DNA of 64,000 bases, from NCBI GenBank assembly GCA_002315555.1, contig DCHF01000030.1:1537-65536 (forward strand), given 5' to 3'. Under the pieces are notes generated by a model. That model was not told where the DNA came from. It saw only the letters and a program-made list of their open reading frames with translations, and made no database searches. The DNA comes from Lachnospiraceae bacterium UBA1759 (GTDB taxonomy: Bacteria; Bacillota; Clostridia; Lachnospirales; Lachnospiraceae). Position numbers and translations under genes: made by a program. Shown here in pieces: positions 27,996 through 36,996 of the stretch; the stretch's first letter is position 1, and each line of letters opens with the position of its first letter.

Positions 27996-29207
27996 ATGGC
28001 TACAGTATTGGAAAAATTTGAAAAGTTGGGCTGTGACAATGCGCCCGGACAGGAGGGCGTCCGGAAGAACGGCGTGCTCGATCTGAGAGGAGAAAAACTC
28101 ACCGGTGTCCCGGTCGATTTCTCACACGGAGATGTGGATGCTTTTCTTCCGACACCTGGCTGCATCGATGTGTTCAATGAAGGCTTTGCTGCCGGCGGAA
28201 CGCAGGCCTACACCCAGTACGCCGGAAAGAAGGAGATCCGCGCATATCTTGCGGAAAAGATCGGTGAATTTACCGGTGCACCGGTTGACGCGGAAAAGGG
28301 CATCATTCTTACGCCCGGTACGCAGGGAGCCCTGTTTCTGGCAATGGGAGCGCTCGTCGGTACCGGTGACAAGGTTGCCATCGTCGAACCGGATTACTTT
28401 GCAAATCGGAAGCTTGTTGAGTTCTTTGAGGGACAGCTCGTCCCCGTACAGATGGATTACATGGGAAAAACGGAATGTGCGGGTCTTGATCTCCAACAGC
28501 TGGAGGCGGTGTTTAAGGACGGCGTGAAACTCTTCCTTTTCTCAAATCCAAACAATCCGACCGGTGTGATCTATTCCTATGATGAGATCGTCACGATCGC
28601 AACGCTTGCAAAGAAGTATCAGGTAACGCTCCTGGTGGATGAACTCTATTCCAGACAGGTATTTGAGAACAGACCATACACTCATCTTCGTGCACAGAAG
28701 GAGATCCCGGACAACCTGATCACCATCATCGGTCCTTCAAAAACGGAATCCTTAAGCGGCTTCAGACTGGGTGTCGCCTTCGGTACGCCGGAGATCATCA
28801 CCCGCATGGAAAAATTACAGGCCATCGTCTCCCTGCGCTGCGCAGGCTACTGTCAGGCGGTATTCAAGACCTGGTTCAATGAGCCCGAAGGTTTCATGAG
28901 TGAGCGCATCCTTGCACATCAGGCGATCCGCGATGAACTCGTGTCGGTATTCAGTGCGGTGAACGGTGTGTCTGTCCGCCCCTCTGAGGGAGGCAGCTAC
29001 TTATTTGTCACGCTTCCGGAGCTTGAGGTGAGTATCGGTGATTTTGTCAAGATCGTTCGAGAGCTTGCTGCGGTCACAGTCACGCCGGGTACGGAATTCG
29101 GTCCGCAGTTCGTCAACAGCTTCCGCATCAATTTCTCGCAGGATCATCAAAAGGCAGTGGCTGCGGTGAAACGTCTTCTGACTGTCATGGAACGCTACAG
29201 AAAGTAA
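27996..29207 (+). CDS. Class I/II PLP-dependent aminotransferase
   Basis: 403 aa. SNPNNPTGVIY, DELY and GPSKTESLSGFRLG (Schiff-base Lys) motifs. Confidence 0.85.
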   Translation: MATVLEKFEKLGCDNAPGQEGVRKNGVLDLRGEKLTGVPVDFSHGDVDAFLPTPGCIDVFNEGFAAGGTQAYTQYAGKKEIRAYLAEKIGEFTGAPVDAEKGIILTPGTQGALFLAMGALVGTGDKVAIVEPDYFANRKLVEFFEGQLVPVQMDYMGKTECAGLDLQQLEAVFKDGVKLFLFSNPNNPTGVIYSYDEIVTIATLAKKYQVTLLVDELYSRQVFENRPYTHLRAQKEIPDNLITIIGPSKTESLSGFRLGVAFGTPEIITRMEKLQAIVSLRCAGYCQAVFKTWFNEPEGFMSERILAHQAIRDELVSVFSAVNGVSVRPSEGGSYLFVTLPELEVSIGDFVKIVRELAAVTVTPGTEFGPQFVNSFRINFSQDHQKAVAAVKRLLTVMERYRK

Positions 29208-29216
29208 GGTGAAAAC

Positions 29217-30602
29217 ATGCTTGATCTTCTGATCACAAACGGAAAGGTTTATCTGGACGGTGTATTGTCCGAGGTCTCTGTCGGCATCAAGGACGGCAAA
29301 ATTGCTGTGATCGCAGACAGGGACGTGCAGCCTGAAGCAGAAAAGATGCTGGATCTCGGCGGGAAATGTTTGATCCCGGGCGCGATCGACACCCACATGC
29401 ACGTGCGCGATCCCGGCCACGTGGAAAGAGGAAACTTTTATACGGAGACACTAGCCGCAGCAGCGGGTGGTGTCACAACGATCATGGAGCATCCTATCAG
29501 TGTTCCTCCGCAGTATAATGCGGAGATCCTGGACAACAGGATCCGGCGCGCAGAGGAGCAGTGTGTGGTGGATTTCTGTTTCTACGGCGCCATGGGCGGA
29601 GAGTTTCCGGAGGAGATCGTAAAGCTCGCGGAGGACGGAAGAATCGTTGCCTTCAAGACCTTCCTGCACGCGGCCCCAAACGGCAGATATGATGAATTCA
29701 AGGGCCTCACGACCGCAGATGACGGACAGCTGTTTACGGTAATGACAGAACTCGCAAAGACCGATCTGTTCTGTGCATTCCATGCAGAGGACAATGATCT
29801 CTGCAATTTCCTCACGAAAAAGTGTAAGGAAGAGGACAGAGTGACCGGACGGGCTCATGCGGAGAGCCGCCCCGTCATCACCGAGGTCCAGAGCATCGAG
29901 CGTGTGCTTCGTTTTGCCAAGGAGACCGGTGCGAAGGTGGAGATCGCACATGTGTCGACACCGCAGGGCATGGAACTCATCAAGGAGGCAAAACGGAACG
30001 GGGTGAAGGTCTATGCGGAGACCTGCCCGCACTACCTCTTCTTAAATGAGGATGATCTTGAAAAGTACGGCCCCTTTGCAAAGTGCAACCCGCCCCTCAG
30101 ACCGCAGGAGCTCGTTGATCGCCTCTGGGACTATGTAAACGATGGCACAGTGGACTACATCGGAAGTGATCACAGCCCGTTCCTTTTGGAAGAAAAAACA
30201 AGAGGCCTTTCTGACATCTTTGCTGCGGTATCCGGTTTCCCCGGTGTTGATCTGAGACTTCCGTTAATGCTCGGTGCTGTGAAGGCTGGAAAACTGACGC
30301 TTCAGAAGGCCATCGAGCTCGTATGCGAGAATCCGGCGAAAAAATTCCGGATATTCCCGCAGAAGGGCACGATTCGTGTCGGCGCCGATGCAGACCTTGT
30401 GGTCTTCGATCCTGAGGGCACTATGGTGGTGGACAAGGCGAAAAACTATTCCCATGCCAGAGACATCGCCGTTCCCTATGACGGACGCGAGATCTCCTGC
30501 CGGCTGGATCTGGTCATCCTTCGCGGACGCATCCTCATGGAGAACGGCGTGGTGGATGAAAACGCGAGGGCATACGGTAAACTCGTATGCCCTGTGAAGT
30601 GA
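29217..30602 (+). CDS. Cyclic amidohydrolase (allantoinase / hydantoinase / dihydroorotase superfamily)
   Basis: 461 aa. PGAIDTHMHV (H-x-H), VAFKTFL (carbamylated Lys context), FHAED, AHVST and GSDHSP (Asp). Confidence 0.85.
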   Translation: MLDLLITNGKVYLDGVLSEVSVGIKDGKIAVIADRDVQPEAEKMLDLGGKCLIPGAIDTHMHVRDPGHVERGNFYTETLAAAAGGVTTIMEHPISVPPQYNAEILDNRIRRAEEQCVVDFCFYGAMGGEFPEEIVKLAEDGRIVAFKTFLHAAPNGRYDEFKGLTTADDGQLFTVMTELAKTDLFCAFHAEDNDLCNFLTKKCKEEDRVTGRAHAESRPVITEVQSIERVLRFAKETGAKVEIAHVSTPQGMELIKEAKRNGVKVYAETCPHYLFLNEDDLEKYGPFAKCNPPLRPQELVDRLWDYVNDGTVDYIGSDHSPFLLEEKTRGLSDIFAAVSGFPGVDLRLPLMLGAVKAGKLTLQKAIELVCENPAKKFRIFPQKGTIRVGADADLVVFDPEGTMVVDKAKNYSHARDIAVPYDGREISCRLDLVILRGRILMENGVVDENARAYGKLVCPVK

Positions 30603-30604
30603 GA

Positions 30605-31564
30605 TCATTCGTTTCTTGAGTCGTAGACCGCTTTTGCGAGATCAATGAACTGGGACATGGCCTTCGACCTATGTGTCTTCTTCTGGAAGGCGAGGTACAT
30701 GCTGCGACTGGCCGCAGGACCGTCTATTTTGTAGAACAGCAGCGAAGACTTCTTTAGCGGGAGATTTTTCACGAGGGCGTCGGTGAGAAAGGTACATCCG
30801 AGGCCCTCCGCGCTGATCTGCGCTGCGGTGGACAGCTGGTTCAGGTACATAACATCCTTGGGCTCAAAGCCTGCCTGCTCGCAGAGCGCAAGACCACGGT
30901 CGTGCATGTCGTGTCCCTTTTTAAGAAGGACCAGTTTTTCATCATTGAACTCATCGAGTGGGACAGATACGGCATCCGGCAGCAGATGACGGTTTTCAAG
31001 AATGTCATCTGAGGTAAAGGCGATGTCACGGAAGCGATCGTTTTTCGGATCGTCGTAGGGTACGGCAAACAGTAGATTTTCGGAGCAGAGAAGCTCTGAG
31101 TCAAAAATGGTTTCATCGTATGTGCCGGCATCCAGAATCAGATCGATCTCGTTTGCAAGCATCATGTCATAGAGTTCATTGGATTCCGATTCGATCAGCT
31201 TGACATCAATGCCGGGATACATCGTCCGGAATCTGTGAATGATCGGCGGAAGAATATATGAAGAAAAAAAGTTTGCGCCGGAAACCGTGATGTGACCTCT
31301 CTCGAGTTCAGAGAGGTCATTCAGTTGTTTTTGGAGCTCCTTTTCGATGTCTCGTATCTTCCTTACAGCTTCGATATAGAGTTCACCTGCCTCGGTAAGC
31401 CTGAGCGGTATCGTGTTTCTGTCAAATAGCGGAAGGCCAATCTCGTTTTCGACCTTTTTCAGACTGATGCTGAGGGCAGGCTGTGTGATGTAAAGGTTTT
31501 TTGCCGCCTGTGAAATGCTCCGCTCTTTATAGATCTCATAGATATAGGTCATCGAGGTGTCCAT
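30605..31564 (-). CDS. LysR-family transcriptional regulator
   Basis: 319 aa. N-terminal HTH SISQAAKNLYITQPALSISLKKVENEIG followed by a substrate-binding domain. Divergent from the gene starting at 31702. Confidence 0.9.
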   Translation of the reverse strand: MDTSMTYIYEIYKERSISQAAKNLYITQPALSISLKKVENEIGLPLFDRNTIPLRLTEAGELYIEAVRKIRDIEKELQKQLNDLSELERGHITVSGANFFSSYILPPIIHRFRTMYPGIDVKLIESESNELYDMMLANEIDLILDAGTYDETIFDSELLCSENLLFAVPYDDPKNDRFRDIAFTSDDILENRHLLPDAVSVPLDEFNDEKLVLLKKGHDMHDRGLALCEQAGFEPKDVMYLNQLSTAAQISAEGLGCTFLTDALVKNLPLKKSSLLFYKIDGPAASRSMYLAFQKKTHRSKAMSQFIDLAKAVYDSRNE

Positions 31565-31600
31565 GGGATGCTCCTTGTCATAAATTTGATCGGTTCGCTT

Positions 31601-31613
31601 ATAAAAATCTTAT
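31601..31613. promoter_or_regulatory. Candidate LysR (LTTR) box
   Basis: ATAAAAATCTTAT equals ATA-N7-TAT (contains T-N11-A). It lies in the 137-bp divergent intergenic region, 37 nt from the LysR start. Confidence 0.4.
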
Positions 31614-31701
31614 AAACAGGTTTTATGAGCCTTTGTTTTTGATTTTACAGAAATTATAAAGAAATTCAAGAATTATTATTCGGGTAAGGAGGAATAATAC
31701 G

Positions 31702-33369
31702 ATGAATACAGCAGAAGCCCTGGTGCAAAGCCTTGAAAATGAGGGCGTTGAGTACATTTTCGGCATCCCGGGCGAAGAGAACCTTGCGGTCATGGAGGCC
31801 CTGAAAAAATCCAAGATCCGCTTTATCACGGTGCGGCATGAGCAGGGAGCGGCATTTATGGCGGATGTATACGGACGTCTGACCGGGAAAGCCGGTGTAT
31901 GTCTCTCGACTCTCGGTCCCGGCGCGACCAATCTGGTGACGGGTGTTGCGGATGCCAATTCCGACGGCGCACCGCTCGTTGCAATCACCGGTCAGGTCGG
32001 CACGGAACGTATGCACCTTACCTCGCATCAGTATCTGGATCTGGTCAATATGTTTTCTCCGATCACGAAAAGAAGCAAACAGATCGTTCGTCCGGGCACC
32101 GTGCATGAGATCGTCCGCATCGCGTTCAAGTATGCGGAGAATGAAAAGCCAGGCGCATGTCACATCGACCTTCCGACAAACATCGCGGCCATGGAGATCC
32201 CGGATGAGCCGGCGATGAAGCCGTTAAAGCACCACACACCGAACACGGAAGTGGCCTGTGTGGAGAGCATCGAGGAGGCCGCGGGCATCATCTTCCAGGC
32301 GAAGAGACCTGTCATGCTCGTGGGACACTCCGCGGTTAGAGATCATGCCTCAGAGGAGATCACCCGTTTTGCACAGAAGCTGAAGATCCCGGTGATCAAC
32401 ACCATGATGGCCAAGGGCGTCATCCCCTTTGACAGCCCGTATTCGATGTGGACGATTGGAATTCCGCAGAAGGATTACCCGGATCTGGTCTTTGAAAAGG
32501 CGGACCTGGTGATTGCTGTCGGATACGATATCGTGGAATATGCACCGAGCAAGTGGAACATCGGAGAAGATCATCGGATCCTGCACATCGATACCACGCC
32601 CTGCCACATCAACAAACTCTATCAGCCCGATCTCGAGGTCATTGGCGATATCTCCGATTCCCTGCGCAGGATATCCTTCCGCTGTACGCGGAACGAGGAG
32701 CCCGAATGGGCACTCGATGTCAGAAGACAGATGGTTGAGGAGTACGAGAGCTACAAAGAGGACAGTTCGTTTCCGATGAAGCCGCAGAAGATCCTGAGCG
32801 ATATGCGTCGTGTGATGGATGCGGATGACATCGTGATCTCTGATGTCGGTGCACACAAAATGTGGATCGCCCGCGAATATAACTGCTATAAGGACAACAC
32901 CTGTATCATTTCAAACGGATTTGCAACGATGGGCATTGCGGTGCCCGGCGCGGTATCCGCAAAGCTGATCAATCCAAAGCGTAAGGTTCTGGCGATCACA
33001 GGTGACGGCGGCTTCATGATGAATTGCCAGGAGATCGAAACGGCGCTCCGTATCGGGACTCCGTTTGTCACGCTGATCTTCAATGACAGCAGCTACGGTC
33101 TGATCAAGTGGAAGCAGGACGAAAAATACGGAGATCACTGCTTTGTGGATTACACGAATCCGGATTTTGTCAAATTTGCAGAGAGCATGCATGTGATCGG
33201 TTATCGGATCGAAAAGGCGGAGGATCTCCTTCCGACGCTTCAGGAGGCGTTTTCCAAGGATGTACCGGTTATCATTGACTGTCCCGTGGATTACAGCGAA
33301 AACATGAAGCTGACCCGGGACCTGAAGGACATGATCGAGAACTATCACAGAAAGGATGAGAAAAAATGA
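31702..33369 (+). CDS. ThDP-dependent enzyme, catabolic acetolactate synthase (AlsS)-like
   Basis: 555 aa. GIPGEENL, RHEQGAAFMADVYGRLTGKAGVCLSTLGPGATNL and the ThDP motif GDGGFMMNCQE...N. Confidence 0.85.
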   Translation: MNTAEALVQSLENEGVEYIFGIPGEENLAVMEALKKSKIRFITVRHEQGAAFMADVYGRLTGKAGVCLSTLGPGATNLVTGVADANSDGAPLVAITGQVGTERMHLTSHQYLDLVNMFSPITKRSKQIVRPGTVHEIVRIAFKYAENEKPGACHIDLPTNIAAMEIPDEPAMKPLKHHTPNTEVACVESIEEAAGIIFQAKRPVMLVGHSAVRDHASEEITRFAQKLKIPVINTMMAKGVIPFDSPYSMWTIGIPQKDYPDLVFEKADLVIAVGYDIVEYAPSKWNIGEDHRILHIDTTPCHINKLYQPDLEVIGDISDSLRRISFRCTRNEEPEWALDVRRQMVEEYESYKEDSSFPMKPQKILSDMRRVMDADDIVISDVGAHKMWIAREYNCYKDNTCIISNGFATMGIAVPGAVSAKLINPKRKVLAITGDGGFMMNCQEIETALRIGTPFVTLIFNDSSYGLIKWKQDEKYGDHCFVDYTNPDFVKFAESMHVIGYRIEKAEDLLPTLQEAFSKDVPVIIDCPVDYSENMKLTRDLKDMIENYHRKDEKK

Positions 33370-34112
33370 AGAAGATCGGGTTTTTAGGCTGTGGAAAGAT
33401 TGGACAGGCGATCCTTGCGCATGTGAAGGAACAGAGGTACGCGGAGGTCGCGTTTATCGCAGATCCGGTGGCAGTGATCCCGGGCGAGCCGGTAGTTCGC
33501 TTCTGTGAGGAGGCGCTTTTAGAGGGTGTCGATCTGGTTATCGAGTGCGCGACTGCGGATGTGCTGAAGGAAAAGATCGACATGATCCTGCGTCACTCGG
33601 ATCTTCTGATGTTCTCTGTGACGGCTTTCTCCGATGCCGTTTTCTCTGAAAAGGCGGAGCAGTTCTGTGAGGAATATGGCAGAAGAATCTTCATTCCTCA
33701 CGGCGCGATTCTCGGGCTCGATGGCATTTTCGATGGACGGAAAGTCTGGAATGAGGTGAAGATCATCACGACAAAGAGTCCGAAGAGCCTCGGACGCACG
33801 GATACGGAGACTTCAGTCGTTTATGACGGCCCCACCCGTGAGGCATGTAGATACTATCCGAGAAATGTCAATGTGCACGCCGCCATCGCGCTTGCGGGCA
33901 TCGGCTTTGACAGGACTCATTCGGTCATCATCTCCGATCCTGCGGTCTCGACGAATGCGCATACGATCGTGCTGAAGGGCGACGGCATCGAGATCTCGAT
34001 GGATATCTCAAGTTTTGCCGCCGGCGCAGTGACGGGTGCATATACGCCGCATTCCGCCTGTGGCAGTGTCGACCGCATTCTTGGCGGAATGACCGGACAG
34101 CTGTTCGTCTGA
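33366..34112 (+). CDS. Aspartate dehydrogenase (NadX/DUF108)-like NAD(P) oxidoreductase
   Basis: 248 aa with ATGA overlap to the upstream gene. N-terminal IGFLGCGKIGQAI Rossmann motif, then HGAILGLDGI and NVHAAIALAG blocks as in L-aspartate dehydrogenases. Confidence 0.72.
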   Translation: MKKIGFLGCGKIGQAILAHVKEQRYAEVAFIADPVAVIPGEPVVRFCEEALLEGVDLVIECATADVLKEKIDMILRHSDLLMFSVTAFSDAVFSEKAEQFCEEYGRRIFIPHGAILGLDGIFDGRKVWNEVKIITTKSPKSLGRTDTETSVVYDGPTREACRYYPRNVNVHAAIALAGIGFDRTHSVIISDPAVSTNAHTIVLKGDGIEISMDISSFAAGAVTGAYTPHSACGSVDRILGGMTGQLFV

Positions 34113-34117
34113 CCATA

Positions 34118-34166
34118 AAAACGGCGCTGTGAAAAAATCAAAGTGATTTTTTCACAGCGCCGTTTT
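34118..34166. terminator. Bidirectional intrinsic terminator
   Basis: Perfect 21-bp stem: AAAACGGCGCTGTGAAAAAAT (34118-34138) pairs with ATTTTTTCACAGCGCCGTTTT (34146-34166), with a 7-nt loop. It lies between convergent genes. Confidence 0.85.
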
Positions 34167-34192
34167 ACTATGTCATCTCTGACCTTAAACAC

Positions 34193-34585
34193 TTAGAATT
34201 CGATCGTTTTCGGTGCTGCAGCGAAGGAACTGATGGTTGCAGTCGCATCCTCAAAATAGAAAACGATGGTATTATCATCATCCTCGGAATACATGCCGCG
34301 AAGGTTCGGGTATGCATCGAGCATAGACGCCTTGGCTTCGCGTCTTTCATCCGGAACGAGCTTGCCGGCTACACGGATCCATGCGCTGCCGTCGAACGCG
34401 CAGATCTCCGCCTTGGGGTTGGCATACAGCTGCTTTGCGCACGGCTTGATCTTTCCGGTCTGGATGTACAGCTTGCCGTCAAAAACATTGACCGTGCCGA
34501 AGGGGCGTACGCGCGGCTGGTCGCCGTCAACAGTCGCAAGGTAATAGGTGCCGCATTTCTTTAAAAATTCATAAACTTCCTGCAT
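34193..34585 (-). CDS. Pyridoxamine 5'-phosphate oxidase-like FMN-binding split-barrel protein
   Basis: 130 aa. MQEVYEFLKKCGTYYLATVDGDQPRVRPFGT... is the typical N-terminus of this family. Confidence 0.8.
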   Translation of the reverse strand: MQEVYEFLKKCGTYYLATVDGDQPRVRPFGTVNVFDGKLYIQTGKIKPCAKQLYANPKAEICAFDGSAWIRVAGKLVPDERREAKASMLDAYPNLRGMYSEDDDNTIVFYFEDATATISSFAAAPKTIEF

Positions 34586-34623
34586 GGGGGACTCCTTTGT
34601 CTGATATATTTACTTGCAATATA

Positions 34624-34722
34624 ATTCCGTATTTTTCGCGTGTCAATACAAAACGCGGGCGCAGAAACGTATTTGCACATATTCCGTACGAAACCCAAAC
34701 AAAAGGTTATGCAAATTCCGTA
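34624..34722. repeat. Three direct copies of ATTCCGTA (each preceded by TGCA within 2-5 nt) in a divergent promoter region
   Basis: Exact octamers at 34624-34631, 34681-34688 and 34715-34722. Their contexts are TTGCAATATAATTCCGTA, TTGCACATATTCCGTA and ATGCAAATTCCGTA. Confidence 0.6.
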
Positions 34723-34785
34723 AATGGTATATACTGGTGTAAAGAACTGAAATGACGCACCGAAAACGGACGGAAGGAGCACATC

Positions 34786-36954
34786 ATGAACGAACATCTT
34801 GAACGCGCGATGCGTTACGCGCAGCTCACCATCTGCGAGGGTGATATCGGAAAGTTTGATCCGGACCGCTGGCTGAAGTACCTGGATGACATCAAATGTG
34901 ACGGCCTGGTCCTGGGCACCGGCGGCTATATGGCCTTTCACGATACGGAGATTCCGTACCATTATACGGTGAAACATCCGCAGTATGACGATCTTTTCGG
35001 CTACATGGTCGATGCCTGCCGCAAAAAGAACTACGCTATCATCTGTCGTACGGACTCGCACGCGATCCATGCCGATGCTTTTTCCGCCCACCCCGAATGG
35101 GCCGCCGTCACCGTCGACGGTTCCCCGCGCGTCCACTGGTCCCACCCCGAAGTTTACGTCAGCTGCCCCCTCGGCGACTACGGCTTTGACTTCATGAACC
35201 GGGTCCACGGCGAGCTCGCCGCAAAATACGACATGGACGCGATCTTCTGCAACCGCTGGCCCGGCTCCGGCATCTGCTACTGCGAATCCTGTAAGAAGAG
35301 TTTCCGCGTATACAGCAGCGGCCGCGAGATCCCGAAGATCCTGAACCCTTCCGATGAGACCACGCGCCTTTACATGAAATGGCACGAGGAGCGCGCATTT
35401 GAGCTTTGCAGGACCTGGGACCTGGAGATCCAACGGAACAATCCGGACATGCGCTTCGTGCCGAACTCATCCGTCGGTACCGAACCGTTCATCGACAATA
35501 AAGTCCTGGGCGATTACGCCGCCGTTCTCTACGCGGACTATCAGGGCCGCGCCGGCAGCATGACGCCCTGGTTCAACGGCCGCACCGCAAAGCAGCTGCA
35601 CGCGGTCCTGGGCGATAAGCCCGTAGGCGGCATCTTCTCCACCGGCACCACCGAGTGCCGCTGGAAGGATTCCGTTCAGGAAAAGGCCGAGCTGGAGATG
35701 TGGATCTCCGAGGCGGTAGCCAACGGCCTCCGTCCCTGGTTCACGAAATTCAGCGTTCAGGTCTTTGACGAACGCTGGATGCCGGTCGTTAAGAACCTGT
35801 ACAGAAAGTACTACGATTGGGAAAAGTATCTCCGCCACACGAAGAGCCGCGCTGAAGTCGCGCTGATGTTCTCGCAGCAGACGGTGAAGAAATATGCGCT
35901 GTCCGAGCAGGAGCGCCTGGTGGAAAAGCCCATCAACGGCTGGTATCACGCGCTTCTGGAGAGCCGCATTCCGTTCGATATGATCGACAGTCATTACATC
36001 GACGCGGAGCATCTTAATGCGTACCGGGCGATCATTCTTCCGAACATCGCGGTCCTGTCCGATGCGGACTGCGCGGCACTGAAGCGCTACGTGGCAAACG
36101 GCGGCGCGGTGCTTGCGGACTACGAGACCTCCCTGTATAATGAAAACGGTGAGCGCCGTACGGACTTTGGCTTGGCGGAGCTCTTTGGCGTGCATGCGAC
36201 CGGGAGAGATACAAGGAATCAGCTGAATGCCTACATAACGGTGAAGCCCGGCATGGGTGATCCGCTGATGCGTGAAGGCTTCTTTGAGCCGGCGGAGAAG
36301 GCCCGCATTGAAAACGGCCTTCCGGAGGAGTCCTGCGACCGGGAAGATGCTTCCTGGTGTGAAGACCGTCGCCTCTGCGGCACGGAATACCGCACCGGAA
36401 TCACGTGGGATCCTGCGGATTTTGAGGAATCTCCTTACTTTGCGGTGCCTGCGTTCCCGGACCTTCCGATGGAGGAGGTCTACCCGCGCGACGAGGTCGC
36501 GGATTACGAAGAGGTCCTGTTCCGGAGCTACGGTAAGGGACGTGTGGCGTATTTCTGCGGAGACATCGGCCGGTGCTACTGGGACTACCTGCTGGTGGAC
36601 CACCGGAGGATGATGGCGGATGCGGTGCGCTGGACCATCGCCGGGGAGGACACAGTACGCGTGAGCTGCCCGGGACTCGTGGACGTGACGCTGTGGCAGA
36701 ACGAAGAGGGACTGATGATCCACCTGGTCAACCTGACGACGATCCACGCGATGCGTGGCCCTGCGGAGGAGATCCTGCCGCTGGCAAACGTGACGATGGA
36801 GATTCGGAAGGACCTGCTTCCGAGCGGTACGAATGGCGGTGTGAAACCGCGTGTGCTTGAAAATTCCGCAGTCACAGTGGAAGAGAAGGAGACCTGCATT
36901 AAGGTCACGCTTCCCACACTGAAGCTGCATGAAGTGATTGTATTTGAACAATAA
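34786..36954 (+). CDS. GH42-like protein (TIM barrel with Cys cluster plus trimerisation/GATase-like domain); substrate unknown
   Basis: 722 aa. A CYCESCKKSF Cys cluster occupies the position of the GH42 zinc site. Central LPNIAVLSDADCAALKRYVANGG resembles the beta-galactosidase trimerisation domain. RBS GGAAGGAG. Confidence 0.65.
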   Translation: MNEHLERAMRYAQLTICEGDIGKFDPDRWLKYLDDIKCDGLVLGTGGYMAFHDTEIPYHYTVKHPQYDDLFGYMVDACRKKNYAIICRTDSHAIHADAFSAHPEWAAVTVDGSPRVHWSHPEVYVSCPLGDYGFDFMNRVHGELAAKYDMDAIFCNRWPGSGICYCESCKKSFRVYSSGREIPKILNPSDETTRLYMKWHEERAFELCRTWDLEIQRNNPDMRFVPNSSVGTEPFIDNKVLGDYAAVLYADYQGRAGSMTPWFNGRTAKQLHAVLGDKPVGGIFSTGTTECRWKDSVQEKAELEMWISEAVANGLRPWFTKFSVQVFDERWMPVVKNLYRKYYDWEKYLRHTKSRAEVALMFSQQTVKKYALSEQERLVEKPINGWYHALLESRIPFDMIDSHYIDAEHLNAYRAIILPNIAVLSDADCAALKRYVANGGAVLADYETSLYNENGERRTDFGLAELFGVHATGRDTRNQLNAYITVKPGMGDPLMREGFFEPAEKARIENGLPEESCDREDASWCEDRRLCGTEYRTGITWDPADFEESPYFAVPAFPDLPMEEVYPRDEVADYEEVLFRSYGKGRVAYFCGDIGRCYWDYLLVDHRRMMADAVRWTIAGEDTVRVSCPGLVDVTLWQNEEGLMIHLVNLTTIHAMRGPAEEILPLANVTMEIRKDLLPSGTNGGVKPRVLENSAVTVEEKETCIKVTLPTLKLHEVIVFEQ

Positions 36955-36996
36955 CGGGCAGGAAAGCCCGGAACGGCCATAATGAAAGGAGACATC

